Shown here one piece after another: positions 34,576 through 46,570 of a stretch of 47,568 nucleotides of DNA. The notes beneath the pieces are model-generated. The model was not told the DNA's origin and did no database searches. It saw only the letters and a program-made list of their open reading frames with translations. The position numbers were made by a program, and so were the translations under genes. Origin of the DNA: Chara braunii (taxonomy: Eukaryota > Plantae > Charophyceae); NCBI GenBank assembly GCA_003427395.1, contig BFEA01000027.1, positions 461,111-508,678 on the forward strand, read 5' to 3'. Numbering within the stretch: the first letter of the stretch is position 1; each line of letters opens with the position of its first letter.

Positions 34576-35354
34576 CTGTGCAAGCACAAAAAATCATAGA
34601 GCGGTTATTACGTATATCAGGTCCTTTGCACAGCCGAGTGCAGGAGCGCCACGCAGACAAAACACGAAAAACCAAACCAGACTCACACCAACTGCGGAGA
34701 CGAGTTAAACGACGATTCGGTTACATTTTCGCTCAATACATTTTGAGAAGGGAATCTCAGCAGTGCCTGCAGACTGAACTTGAAAATTCCACGCCTGCAA
34801 TTCGTCGAGAAAACATTCACGGGAAGGAGAAATCCACGCAGACGGACGTCATCCGTCTCTCCACGCATTTACCGATAAACTCGAGGTATGGCCGTAGCAG
34901 ACAATTAACTAGTCTTTACCAACTCTAAGCACATGAGCACGAAACAAGTCGCAACAAGACACATTTTCTAGATCACACCCTTCCCGGCCTCACAGACAGA
35001 ACAACAATAGTCACATCACCACCTGAAAGCCGTCTTCCGCAGCAACCCCCTTAAAATCCAGCGACTCAAACTGTAGTTGTAGATCCATATACATCTGGGT
35101 CCAAGGCCCTCCTCAGTGCTAGCACGAATAAGAACCCGCGACCGTGGACTAGAGAGGCAAGACTCAAAACCACAATAGACAGAGAACGCGGTGTTCAAAA
35201 ATGTAAAACCATACCGTTCGTGATTTCCACCCAACCCCACCAAGGCTCAAGTGTCCAGTTGGACACATACCACACACCCCAGCAAAAATTCCGGAAACCA
35301 AACACCTTAAAAAAATAAAATTGTACTGGTAAAATCCAGTATAGGAACACTGAC

Positions 35355-35407
35355 CTTCTTTAATATCTTTGACGTCCTCTTCGTCCAAACCCATCTCTTC
35401 CTCGTCA
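35355..35407 (-). CDS. HDT: HD2-type histone deacetylase, exon 4 (follows the AC acceptor)
   Basis: TCCTTGACggaggtcttcAC|T GAC...GAA G|gtcagt = (S)DEEEMGLDEEDVKDIKE. Confidence 0.88.
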
Positions 35408-36195
35408 GTGAAGACCTCCGTCAAGGATAAATTGCCAAAATTATTACGTTATAAACAAAACCACACCACATACATGACCTGCAGGCAATTTCTACATGCT
35501 CCTACGGATATAACTTCGAAATCGTTTTGACAACAAATATCCACAAACCAACCGACTTCCGGTTCCCACACCCACTTCCTCTCCGATTTTCTTCATCAAC
35601 TCCCCCTTCTTCCGCCTCACCCAGCCAAGCGTCTGAAAGCCCCGCTGCATTCATAAATTCGTCTGCCAGATCTCCCACAACATTCCGTACAAAAATCGGC
35701 TACACACCACCTCTCCCACATCTGCAATATTTCAAGGTACGAAGGGAACCTTCACGACAACATTGCCCATGTGCCGGCCTGTGACAATGTAAAGACCGCA
35801 TCCATCTAACAGTAAAAGCCACGCCTAGATACCCTAACCAAAATGAAAAGCGAAAAAGCCATAGCAGAATTAATGAAGGGTTCGTCCCCGATCCTCGCCA
35901 AAACATTCATCGTCACCGAAAATAACGGACAGAAGTTATCTCCACATTCCTAAGACACGAGATCCACAATCTATATAACACATTACCCATGTTCACTAGG
36001 CGAACCACCACCACACCAACTTATCATTGTTTGTGCTAGAAAAACACAAGCAGCACAACGATTTCAAATGCGTAAACGGTGCGATCTCAAACAGCGAAGG
36101 CCACCTACCACACATCCAAAACAAAACATGCAGACAACAAACAACACAATGATTTCAAATGGGCAACCGGTACAGTACACTCGTTCAAAGGATAT
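35408..36195 (-). other. U12-type (minor spliceosome) AT-AC intron
   Basis: 5' site ATATCCTT at 36195-36188, branch site TCCTTGAC at 35427-35420, AC acceptor at 35409-35408. Splicing here restores the reading frame. Confidence 0.92.
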
Positions 36196-36410
36196 CTGGA
36201 CGCCAATGTGCTTTCGAAACTCTCATAGCCAATAACATAAACCCCCGTCGATCCTGAGTGAGACAACTTAAATGTCCGATCGAACACCAAGTCCAGCTGA
36301 AACTGATCCGTCTTCCCCTTCACCAGCGTGCCGATGACCCACTTCTTGTCTTCATGCTCAACGCTGAGAACCGCTCTCTCATTGTCCTTCGGGTTGTGAC
36401 CAAGCGCCAC
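36196..36410 (-). CDS. HDT: HD2-type histone deacetylase, exon 3 (nucleoplasmin-like core)
   Basis: tcag|GTG...TCC AG|atatcctt = VALGHNPKDNERAVLSVEHEDKKWVIGTLVKGKTDQFQLDLVFDRTFKLSHSGSTGVYVIGYESFESTLAS; HD2 motifs IGTL, DLVFD..F.LSH and V..GY. Confidence 0.95.
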
Positions 36411-36950
36411 CTGATACACACCAAGCCATGCGCAACAATAAAGCAGCAATAAGACGGGCATGTGCTTACCAGACTCAATGATACACAGATTAACCACGCT
36501 GCTCTTAAAAGGATTTAGATCATCCATCCACACGTAGGAGTGTCTGAGTTCAAAGAGCATAGACCAGGCTAAGCATCCTCTGCAGGTTGGTTTCCATGAG
36601 AACCATCTCCTTCCGTACTAAAAACCTCGGCACTGACATCAATAATCGACAGACCAGGACAATGAGATCTGTCGCCATCCGTACGCAAAGAGTATGCCGA
36701 TTCCCAGCAGGCACCAACGATAAGAGGGTTGAAGCACCGTCTACCAATAGAAAACTCAGTCTGATCTTAAAGCCATAGATATATAGCACCCAAGTGCCAG
36801 CTCCTAGGATTTCCATTGGGCGTCACTGCAGTTCCAACTACACACTGCAACCGCTAAACCTTCATGTCGATTACATTCAGATCTCGCCCGACGCAACATA
36901 GCCGAAACCAGACGTCCATCTCTCCGGAGATGCAAACGATGATAGTACTT

Positions 36951-37073
36951 AGTGGCAGTGGAGTACAACACTCAGAGAAGATAACGGCGGAAGTGAATGG
37001 AAGCTATGGAGTCAGTGGCAGTGGAGTACAACACTCAGAGATAACGGCGGAAGTGAATGGAAGCTATGGAGTC
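36951..37073. repeat. ~62-bp tandem duplication
   Basis: AGTGGCAGTGGAGTACAACACTCAGAG(AAG)ATAACGGCGGAAGTGAATGGAAGCTATGGAGTC x2. Confidence 0.9.
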
Positions 37074-37493
37074 CAACGTTCAAAGCAGCGCGACGAAAGA
37101 CGCCCACAGGACAGGACACTTGAAACCAGGCCACCACCACGTCCCGCGTGCATGTGCTCGATACCCTACCTAACCAGAGACAGAAACATACATGAACATG
37201 CAGAGTCCCTCGAGACCTTAACTTTTCCAGTTCTATCAAGTCAAACACGATCCCCACAAGTAATGTTCACGAAACCCTCACTCGTAAAACAAGAAATCTC
37301 TTTTTCAGTCCGTGATAGACAACCTCGCCAAATGGCCGACGAATGATGCATTCAATCCGCGGTTTTCTTTGCGACGCAACTTAAATCATGATGCTTCCAA
37401 CACGAAGCAGTCGCGCTACAGTTAACAAGTAGAGCCGAACTCGTACCGATAATAAGCCGCCGATAGCTAAATCTAGCCACCGGACATTATAGA

Positions 37494-37954
37494 GGCTGAC
37501 ATACTGCGAGTCCCTCTGCAAAAGAGGGAGTGCCTACGGGAACACATACAGTTGCTGCATGGCTGTCTTCAGCTCGTGTCGTGAGATGTTGGGTTGAGAC
37601 CCGCAACGACCGCAACCCTCGTTTCTACCGTCTTCAGCCGAATACAACGCCCGGTCATTACAGCTGCATCTGCGGCAACTTCCCGACCAGATGCAGCAAT
37701 GATGACCAGGCGCTTTATTCGGATGAAGACGGTACTTGCCATTATGGAACTCTAGAGAGACTGCCGGTGATAATCCGGAGGAACGTAATATTGACGTCAA
37801 GTCAGCATAGCATACCCCTTATACATCCTGGGAGACACACGTGCTACAATGGCCGGGACAAAGAGTCGAAACCTTGCGAAGGCGAGCTAACCTCAAAACC
37901 CAGTCTCAGTTACGATTGCAGAGTGCAACTCGGCTACATCAAAAGGCGGAATCG
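37494..37954 (+). pseudogene. rrn16: NUPT: plastid 16S rRNA fragment, interrupted by a MITE
   Basis: GCATGGCTGTC-TCAGCTCGTG...CGCAACCCTCG...AGACTGCCGGTGATAA-CCGGAGGAA...ACACACGTGCTACAATGGCCGGGACAAAG; the TGGCCGGGACAAAG segment is plastid-type. Confidence 0.88.
37628..37732. mobile_element. 105-bp MITE (copy 4) inserted in the NUPT
   Basis: ta|CCGTCTTCAGCCGAATA...TATTCGGATGAAGACGG|ta. Removing it restores CCCTCGTTTC-TA-CTTGCCA of 16S. Confidence 0.93.
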
Positions 37955-38955
37955 ATAAAACTCGCATATGGCCATTCACCCACTTCTCGAATCGACCCAT
38001 AACCTGACCTTAATACGTCATTAATCTCTGGATGGAGCATTGGAAACGATTCGCGTAACCTAAACTCACTCGGACGACCTCGACCAATTGAACCCCTGCA
38101 AACTTATAACCTGTTGCTGCTGTATGGGCGACATTCAGCCGATCTGCGGGGCGGCCCAAATACAAAGCGAAAACCTGGAGGTCATCAACTACAATTGAAG
38201 AAGCACACGCGGCACGGGCCGCATAACAGAAGGCCTTAGTAAAAGCATAACGAAGCTGCTGATACAGTCGCATTACATAGCACAGCACATGCAACAATCT
38301 CTGTTTCAGTAAACAAACCAAACAGCCTCACCATTTATGTGCTCAAGGATCGTATGTTGGCTTAACATACATCGAAGAGATCAACGAGATAGCACATCAG
38401 ATCCTTCATTTGGAAATTAACCCGGTCTATACACATTTCAAGCAATCGTTCAAAGTGTGTCACAATTATGGCTGGATAATTCATTTGATGCGAACAGGCT
38501 TTCAAGAATACTGCACATCCAGTCTATAATCTAGAGATCAAACGTAACAACAACTTACATTCGTGTACAGAAATACTGAGCAAAATCGACGATGCCTACG
38601 ACACAAACAACGTTCTTCGCTTCCACCATCATCATCGTCGAAAACCGATCTCCACTCAACCTATATATCCATCATCATCCTCGAACGATCCACTGACCAT
38701 CCACTATTACCGTTAGCGTACTCATGATGAACTGGTTCTAATAACTCCAGCGTCATCCGCACACACCGTACAGAAAATACGCCCGCGATAGATCCCGCTC
38801 CTCGTCGGGAGCCGTGAATAAACCGTACCCCGAGCACGCCAACTCTTCCGCTTCCATGTCGAACAGCACAACCTGAAAAACCAGCTCCCTATAGAACGCT
38901 TAAGCGCGGCTGGCAGTCGATAGCTAGAGACACCACAAACTGCATTCCAAATCTG

Positions 38956-39060
38956 CCGTTTCCCCCCAACTACAACGCACAGTCGTTACAGCTGTATTTA
39001 GACTGAAAGATGCCCCAAGTAGAGCTATAATGACCGTGCGCTCTATTCGAGGGCAGAAGG
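38956..39060. mobile_element. 105-bp MITE (copy 5, diverged)
   Basis: tg|CCGTTTCCCCCCAACTACAACG...GCTATAATGACCGTGCGCTCTATTCGAGGGCAGAAGG|ta. Confidence 0.8.
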
Positions 39061-39159
39061 TACCAGTGGTCGCAAACCTGTGAGAGTTGCTAAGATGCCC
39101 CTACCGTTCGATGTTCACCCTAACCTAACTGTAACGAAGGAAAATCAGACTTCACATAC

Positions 39160-39233
39160 CTGTGACAAGTGCAGGTGCGTTCCTTCTTCAGGCGTGACTG
39201 TAACCGGCTTCGACCCCCCCGGCACCTCGATCC
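39160..39233 (-). CDS. HDT: HD2-type histone deacetylase, exon 2
   Basis: tgcag|GG ATC...CAG|gtatgt = (G)IEVPGGSKPVTVTPEEGTHLHLSQ; conserved HLSQ. Missed by the ORF track. Confidence 0.93.
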
Positions 39234-39605
39234 CTGCAAGGCGCGACCATTTCAGCATCCAATCAATCACACAGACGAAATCAGAAGTCCATCAGCATCA
39301 TCGAAAGAATTGAACCACTCCAGTTCAGCTCGGGGCGAGCGTCATAAACCTCCCATAGCCGCTTTGTGTGTGCAAACGATCTGAACACAATCAACTCTCT
39401 GATTGTCAGCCAGTCATCCAACAACCATGGAAATTTGCATGCGCTCACTGGCAAACATCCGCCCTTAAAATAACCTAAGACAATCGTAAGGCAGCAATAG
39501 TCGACAAATCGAGGAGCCGACCTTGTCATTGCAATTGCATTACTGAATAGATAGACACAGAGACGCATATTCGACAACATGCTTGGAGGGGTAGGCACGG
39601 CTTAC

Positions 39606-39618
39606 CCCAGGCCATCAT
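39606..39618 (-). CDS. HDT: HD2-type histone deacetylase, exon 1 (13 coding nt)
   Basis: ATG ATG GCC TGG G|gtaag = MMAW(G), equivalent to the MEFWG first exon of plant HD2 genes. The 11 exons sum to 1065 nt = 354 aa + stop. Confidence 0.88.
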
Positions 39619-41379
39619 CTTGACTAGCGTGGGAAATGCGAACCCTCGAAAGTGCCAACGCCGTCAGAGGAGTCGAACGCAGGTGGGCGATGGAGTACAC
39701 AAAGGAGAGCAGCTTCGTCGCAGCTATCAAATATAGATCAGGTCAAGTCGGCCTCCCGTGCGGTGGCGTGCGACGTGCCGTCTACGGAAGCCAGAGATGG
39801 CGGCGCAAGATCGACCTCCTTTCCCGACGGCAGTTCCTCTGCTCAGTGCAGCAGAACTTTCGCTGCCCGCGCCACCGAGGAAGAGAATCGGCTCGGCTGA
39901 ACAAAACAGATGCGATGAGTCGGAACCTGCTTGTTCGACAGGCTGCGCTCGGACGTGTGTAAAGACTTTGCTTGGGCCCAGATAATGCCGATGCCGATGC
40001 CGAGCTTGGGGTGCAGTCTCCCCCACCACGACGGCCGGCGGCGCATAGAGACTACAACTCCCTCACAGAGCTCTCGTTGCTCTTACCGAGCGCCAAACGG
40101 CGCAGCACGCTGGAAGGCTCGGGCACAGCTACGGTACCCCACGACACCCTGCAGTGAGATTCCCGCGCTATCTGCCGAGGACCGAAGCAGGGGGCAAGCC
40201 GCTAACCTGCCCTCAGGGACACCCGTTAAATTGGGTTGGAACGGTAATGAGAATGCCCAGGCCAAGTGAGCTCGGTTTCATCACAATCGAACTGATAGGT
40301 ATGCAGATCGGCAACTCCCGAGAAGGTCTGGTAGGCGTGCCGGCGGACATCGGTGACGATGTCGCCCAGATTGGAAGTTGGAAGGGCCTGCGAAAAACAC
40401 CAAGCCCTGGCCTTGGGGTACAATGAAGGGCAGGTTGGACTGGGATGCGATATGGTCTTAGCCGATGTTGCTACGTAGGCGCAGCAGATGAGCCACCAGG
40501 GAGAGGTCCCATTTGCACGGACTGGCTTGACGGCCGGGCACCCATCGGCCAGGGTTGTGCGTACTCGGCAGTGCACTTGCCAGCGGATAGCTGGGCATCC
40601 AGGAGTGCAGAAGGACAGCTGTGCTGTCCACAAGCGGCTATGCTGCTTTATGTTACCGTTTCTTTCTTGTTGGGAAAATGTTTGGCAAATTTGGTTGGAT
40701 GCCCCTAATATGCGGCATTTTGAGTTATGCCCCTCAAAGGTTCGACATTCACCTGAGCTACCAGCCGAGCCGCCTGGGTTGCCTTATACTGGCCCAGGTG
40801 GGCCAGACCTGGCCCCAGTCGAGGTACATTCCCCCTTGTGGTGGTGCTACTCTACCCTGTATGTGTTGGTCTCCAGGAGAAGGGTCCCAATGGCCACTTA
40901 CTTCGGTAGTCTGTTCACTGCCAGTTGCCAACTTATAAAAACGCCGAAATTGACGTCTAAAAGGGAACACACCACCATTCACATACAGATTTACCAAGGC
41001 AGGTAACGAAAACCACGCATCACAGAAAAACGAGTTCTTCGAGGAAAAGGGTTTCGTGGTTTACGTGTTTACACGCAAAATACACAGAGCAACTTGAGAG
41101 CTTATTTCCCCCTCTCGCTGCTACCCAAAAGGTATTCCTCCCCCCTCTCACCACTCCAAAACTGGCTATCCAAATTCCAACAGATGACAATATGTACAAT
41201 CTCTCCGGAATACGAGGCAACCATCATCGTCTTCGGACAATCTTTGTCCACCTTTAGGCAAAAAATAATACTTTAAAACACCAGTACTTTAGGGACACTT
41301 TTCTCCAGGTCTGGAAACGCCCTGCACCAAAAAAAAAAAAAAAAAAAAAATCGGCACAAATCTTTTTTTGGCTAGTGCC

Positions 41380-42640
41380 GCCAGCTGGAGACCAAACCCT
41401 GAAAGATATGGCAACATCCAAACTGTATCTTTGAAAATGTACCGGGGAAACGTATTGACCGTTTAAGGTGTAAGGTACTTGCGGGTGAAAGGTGTCCAAT
41501 CTGCCATGTCATGGTCCCACTTTGTCCTAAAAGCGAATAGGGTCATGCAACGCTGATATAAGTGTGAAATAGTTTCTTCCTCCTGCCCATGGAACCGAGA
41601 CAAAAGATTTGCAATTTGTGACTTGGTCGCTTGCCACTTTGTTGTCACTACTGCTACATGTATGATGAGCCATAGCAGCCACACTTGTTCCTGATTAGGC
41701 AGCATCACATTAAGCCACGCGAAACGTTGCATCATGTTTGATGTCAATGCTACAAGCGATGTATGAGGGACCTAATCCCTTTTGGCCTGTCTAATTGTCA
41801 ACTCTTTTATAATCCCATATGGCTCTATTAACTGCCAGTATAAGGACCAAGTTGAAACTTGCAACAATGACACTTTGTGGTGCTGAAGTTTTTTTGGAGG
41901 ACAGAAGAGGGTCAGATCCCCTTCCAACTCAGCCTACCTTTGAGGGATATGGTATGCCTTGAAGGTGCGTTTACCAAAACGACACTCCCTTACCATATCC
42001 ACAATAGTGAATTGCTCCTCTCTAACTCTTTATGGTCGATCGATTTGTTGCTTTATCCCAAGCCGCATGACACATCCTATAGAAGTCACATACCAACTTT
42101 CCAGCATAAGTCAAGCATCAAGTCATTTTTTCTCCTCTCGAACCACCGTTCCCACTTTACAATCATCCAATGGTTCATTCCCTGCCACAAAGAAGGGGAC
42201 CTCAAGTCTTCCCTATTTTGCCACCAACCCTTGTCCTATTGCAACGGATTTCTGAGTTCGATGGAACGCGATGACTGCTACTATCACATGCCATAATAAC
42301 GGCCCATATCATTTTCGGCTTAAGATTCTATAAGAGCTGGTTTTTCAGTAGACAATGACAGAGAACCTGCAATTGCGTTCTCAATTTGGCCGCGATCGTT
42401 TCCATGGAGACCAAAGACGTCTGATCCCTCGAGTTTGTTGCCAGATATTGTTATCCATATCATGCTTGTAGTGTTGGTACTTGATCATTTAAGTTTATAA
42501 CGCCCAGCCTGCCGGCAGATTTCGGTTGAACGAGTTTCCGCCATGTCACTGTTTTACTTCTTGACCACAATAATTTCCCTATGGTTGTTTGATGTGAATT
42601 GGAAGTTGTGATTCAACAGCTGCATTACGACAACATACTA
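41380..42640 (-). mobile_element. Degenerate L1-type LINE ORF2 C-terminal region
   Basis: Minus strand reads TTIGKLLWSRSKTVTWRKLVQPKSAGRLGVINL (the post-RT FLW...W..L..PK..GGLG motif), then HGQEEETISHLYQRC (zf-RVT-like). Many stops. Confidence 0.75.
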
Positions 42641-42959
42641 AAGAAATGAAATAGTATAAGTACTAACAATTAGCGTTTTACCTCTTACTCTGTACTTTCG
42701 ACATCTTGTGATCGTCCTTATGGGACTTTCGTTGCTACCTCCTCCGTCTGCGTTAGTGCTCATATGTGTGTATTCTCCGCAACTTGTGATCGTTTTTATG
42801 ACTTTCATTGCCGCCTCCTCCGTTTGTGTTACAATTGCTTCCTCCAATGGTGTATACATGCCAAATTGTGCACATTTTCTCACATTTGTTATATAGGAAT
42901 ATCTCACTTCCCTCACGTAGAGTCTAACCCACTTTCCCCTTGCAGTGATCCCAATTCAG

Positions 42960-45900
42960 CGTGTGCGTGCTGGTCTTCAAGGAAAGGGTCCCATTAGCCA
43001 CTTACTTACATTGCCCCTTAATTGTTGGTTGCCAACTCATCACAACAACTTTTAAAAAATCCAAAGAAGAACGAAACACCATTCACATAAAGAGTTACCG
43101 AGGATAGCAAATGGAAACCATTCCCTATAGAAAAGTGAGCACTCTAGCAGAGGGGCTCCATACCCTAAGTGTCTATGCTCAAAATCCACGGAGATTATCA
43201 ACCTGAAATTTTTTTTCACTGCCTCCATCGTTGACATTCTTTCCCCTACCGATCACCCACCCCTCGTTATCCAAACTCCCCAACTTCCTAGAGTACTGAC
43301 AATCATCATCGCCATCGCAACATGTTTGTCCACCGCTCCAAAGAGGTTGTATGCATTGACATTTGTTGGGGAATTTTGACGACGAGATGATAGTGGTCAA
43401 TGGGGGAAAGAAAGTTTTTTGGATAGCAACGAGATGAGCAGTGAAATAAGCTCTCAAGTTGACAACGTTTGCGGATTTTAAGCGCAAATAGATAGGGCAT
43501 GGAGCCCCTTCCCTTGAGAGCTTGTTTTTTTATGGTTCGTGGTTTTCATTCCTACCTTGGTAAATCCGGATGAGAATGGTGCTTCATTATTTTTGGGACG
43601 TATATTAAGCCACGGTGACATATTTACAACGAACAGTGAAGGGACTAACCAAGTGCTCGAGGGACCATAGTCCATGACCACAATGCGGTAATGACAATGG
43701 CTGCCTAGTACTCAAGGAAAATTGTATGCATTTTCATTTGTTGGGGCATATGAACAACGAGGTGTGAGTGGTAAGAGGGGAAAATAAGACCTCATGGGTA
43801 GCAAGAGGAGAGGGAGTTGAATAACCTTTTAGTTTGACAATCACTATGGATTTTAGCGCAAACATATATGACCCGAACCCCCTCTGTTCGAGAGGCTGCT
43901 TTTCTATGATGAGTGGTTTTCGTCTCCCGCATTGTAGGTTTGGATACGAATGACACTTCATTCTTTTTTTTACGTTTATTGAGTCTCGACAACAAGGTGT
44001 GAAATTGTTAGAGAACGAAAGAAGGCCTATTGGATAGCAATAAGCGAGGCGGTGAAATACGCTCTCAGGTTAGCAATCTCTATGGATTTTAAGCACGGAC
44101 TCGAAGGTTTTAGAACCCTTGTGCTCAAGAGATTGTTTTTCTATGGTGAGTGGTTTCCTTTACCGACCTTGGTAAGTGTGGATATGAATGACACTTCTTT
44201 ATCTTTTGGGCGTTTACTAAGTCGTTGTCATGAGTTGGCAACTACCCAAGTAACTAACTAGCGAAACCCTTCTTTCGGAGACCATCTCACACAGGGCGAG
44301 GTGAACAAACACGGTGCTACGACGATGATGGCTCCCTAGTACTCAAGGAAGGTTGTACGAGTTGTCATCTGTTGGGGAATTGGACGATGAGGTGTAGAGT
44401 GGCCAAAGAGGGGAAAAAAACCTCTTGAGTAGCAACGAGAAAGGTGGTCTCATGTTAGCAATTTTTGCGGAGTTTGAGCACAAACACTTCAAGCCCGAAG
44501 TCCCCTTTCTCAAATGCTCGGTTTTATACTGTTCGCGGTTCTCATTCACTGTCTTAATAACTCTTGTGAATTATGGTTTGTTCTCTTTCGAACGTCTATT
44601 GAGCCGTTGTGCTGAGCTAGCATCTGACAGTGAAGGGACTACGCAAGTACGTGGCCAATTTGAGCCCTCTTGAAGACCGACACATATAGAGCAAAGTGGA
44701 CAAACACAGTGTGACGACGACGATGGATGCCTAATACTCTTAGGAGGTAAAACGCTTTGCCAACTATTGGGGAGTTTGGAGAAGAGGTGGAGTGGTTATA
44801 GGGGGAAAGAAGGCCTCCTGGGTAGCAACTAGAGAGGTAGTAAAAGGAAAGATGGTTAATGGAAGACCTAAAATTCGAGTTTTTTGCCGCATCACCACAA
44901 GCAATGTCATTGAAAATTTTGCGAATAAACAATGCAGGCTCATAATATAAACATAAAAAAAAGAAAACATACATATCATACAAAAAAGGAAGAAAAAAAA
45001 AAAAACTTTCAGAAAAATATGGCAATTTTTGTGAAAAATTCGTGAAAAATGACACCTCCTATTACACCATTAGTGAGTGAAAGAATCTCTCAGGTTCACA
45101 ACATCTGCAAATTTCGAGCATGGACATATAGGGCTTGGAACCCCTCTGCTCGAGTGCTCATTTTTCTATGGTGTGTGTTTTTCCTTCCCCGTCGTGGTAA
45201 CTTCAAATGTGAATGGTCGCCCGTTCCCTTAGCATTTATTCAGCTGATGTGATGAATTGGCAACTGATAGTGAAGCGGCTACCCAAATAAATGGCTAGTG
45301 GGACCGTTCTACCGAAGACCAACACAGAAAGGGCGAAGTGGACAACAAAGTGACATGATGGTTATACGCGCTGCTATTTGTTGGGGAATGTGGACAACGA
45401 GGTGTGGAGTGGTCAGAGAGAGAAACAAGGCCTCTTGGGTAGCAACGAAAGAGGCAATGAAATAAACTCTCAAATCGGCAATCTCTACAAATTTTGAGTG
45501 CAGACACATTGGGTCTGAGGAGCCCCTCTGTTCGAGTGCTCACTTTTGTATGGCGTGTGGTTTTTGTTCCCTGCCTTGGTAACTTTGGATATGAATGGTG
45601 GTTCATTCTCTTTTGGATGTTTAATGAGTCGGGTGATGAGCTAGCAACCGACAATGAAGGGATACACAAGTAAGCGGCTAGTGGGACCCTTTTCCTGGAC
45701 GCCTACACACATAGGGAGAAGTGTCATCGCCGAAGGTGCGACGGCGGTGACAGATACCTAGTACTTGAGGGAGGCTATATGGGTTGCCATTTGTTGGGAA
45801 ACTTTGACGACGAGGTGTACAATGGTCAAGAGGTGGAAACAAGCTCTATTGGGTAGCAACGAGGGAGTTAATGAAAGAGGATCTCACATTGACAATCTTT

Positions 45901-46570
45901 GCAGATTTTGAGCGTAACATTTTTTTTAGTGCATGTTTTTTTGTCTCCACCACAACTTTTCTATGGTGCGTGGTTTTCACTCTTCACTTGGTAACTCGGG
46001 ATACGAGTTGCAGTTCATTCACTTTTGAATGTCTGTTGAGCCATGGTGATGAGCTGACAACTGACAATGCAGGGACTACGCAAGCAAGTGGCCTTTAGAC
46101 CCTTCTCCGAAAGACCAGCGCATACAAGGCTTTGGGAGAAGGGTTTTACTGGCCACTTACTTGGGTAACCCCTTCACTGTCAGTTACCAACTCGTCACCA
46201 GGACTCAATATACGTCTACAATGGGGACGAACTGCTAGTCTCTAAGGGTTCCATTGGCCACTTACTTGGGTAAGTCGTTCACTGTCGGGTGCCAGCTCAA
46301 TAGACGTCCATACGATAACAAACTACAATTAGCATTCAGAGTTACTAAGGCGGGAACAAAAACCACGCTCTATTGAAAAGTGCTCCCTGTGTGTTCGCGT
46401 TTAACATCCATAGCAAATGCTAACTGGAAAGTTTGTTTTACCCCCTCTCTCGTTGCTACCTAAGAGAGCGTCTTTCCTACTGTTGTCACTCCACACCTCA
46501 TTGTCCAATTTTCCCATGAAATTGTGGCGGGTACAACCTCCCTAAAATACTGGGCAGCCATTGTTGTGGT
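42960..46570. repeat. Degenerate ~400-bp tandem repeat array bounded by inverted copies
   Basis: The marker T(T/G)TTGGGGA..T.GAC.ACGAGGTG...GG.TAGCAACGAG recurs at ~43361, 43737, 44369, 44766, 45376 and 45790. Reverse-orientation copies lie at ~42990-43320, ~46150-46570 and ~41000-41240. Confidence 0.8.

Noticed and set aside
37494-37954. Functional 16S rRNA gene or bacterial contamination
   Set aside because: Fragmentary, mutated at conserved positions, interrupted by a host MITE and embedded in an intron.
39251-39305. C/D'/C'/D-like boxes in HD2 intron 1
   Set aside because: Only ~55 nt, about 15 nt from the acceptor (branch/polypyrimidine zone), no terminal stem and no recognisable target.
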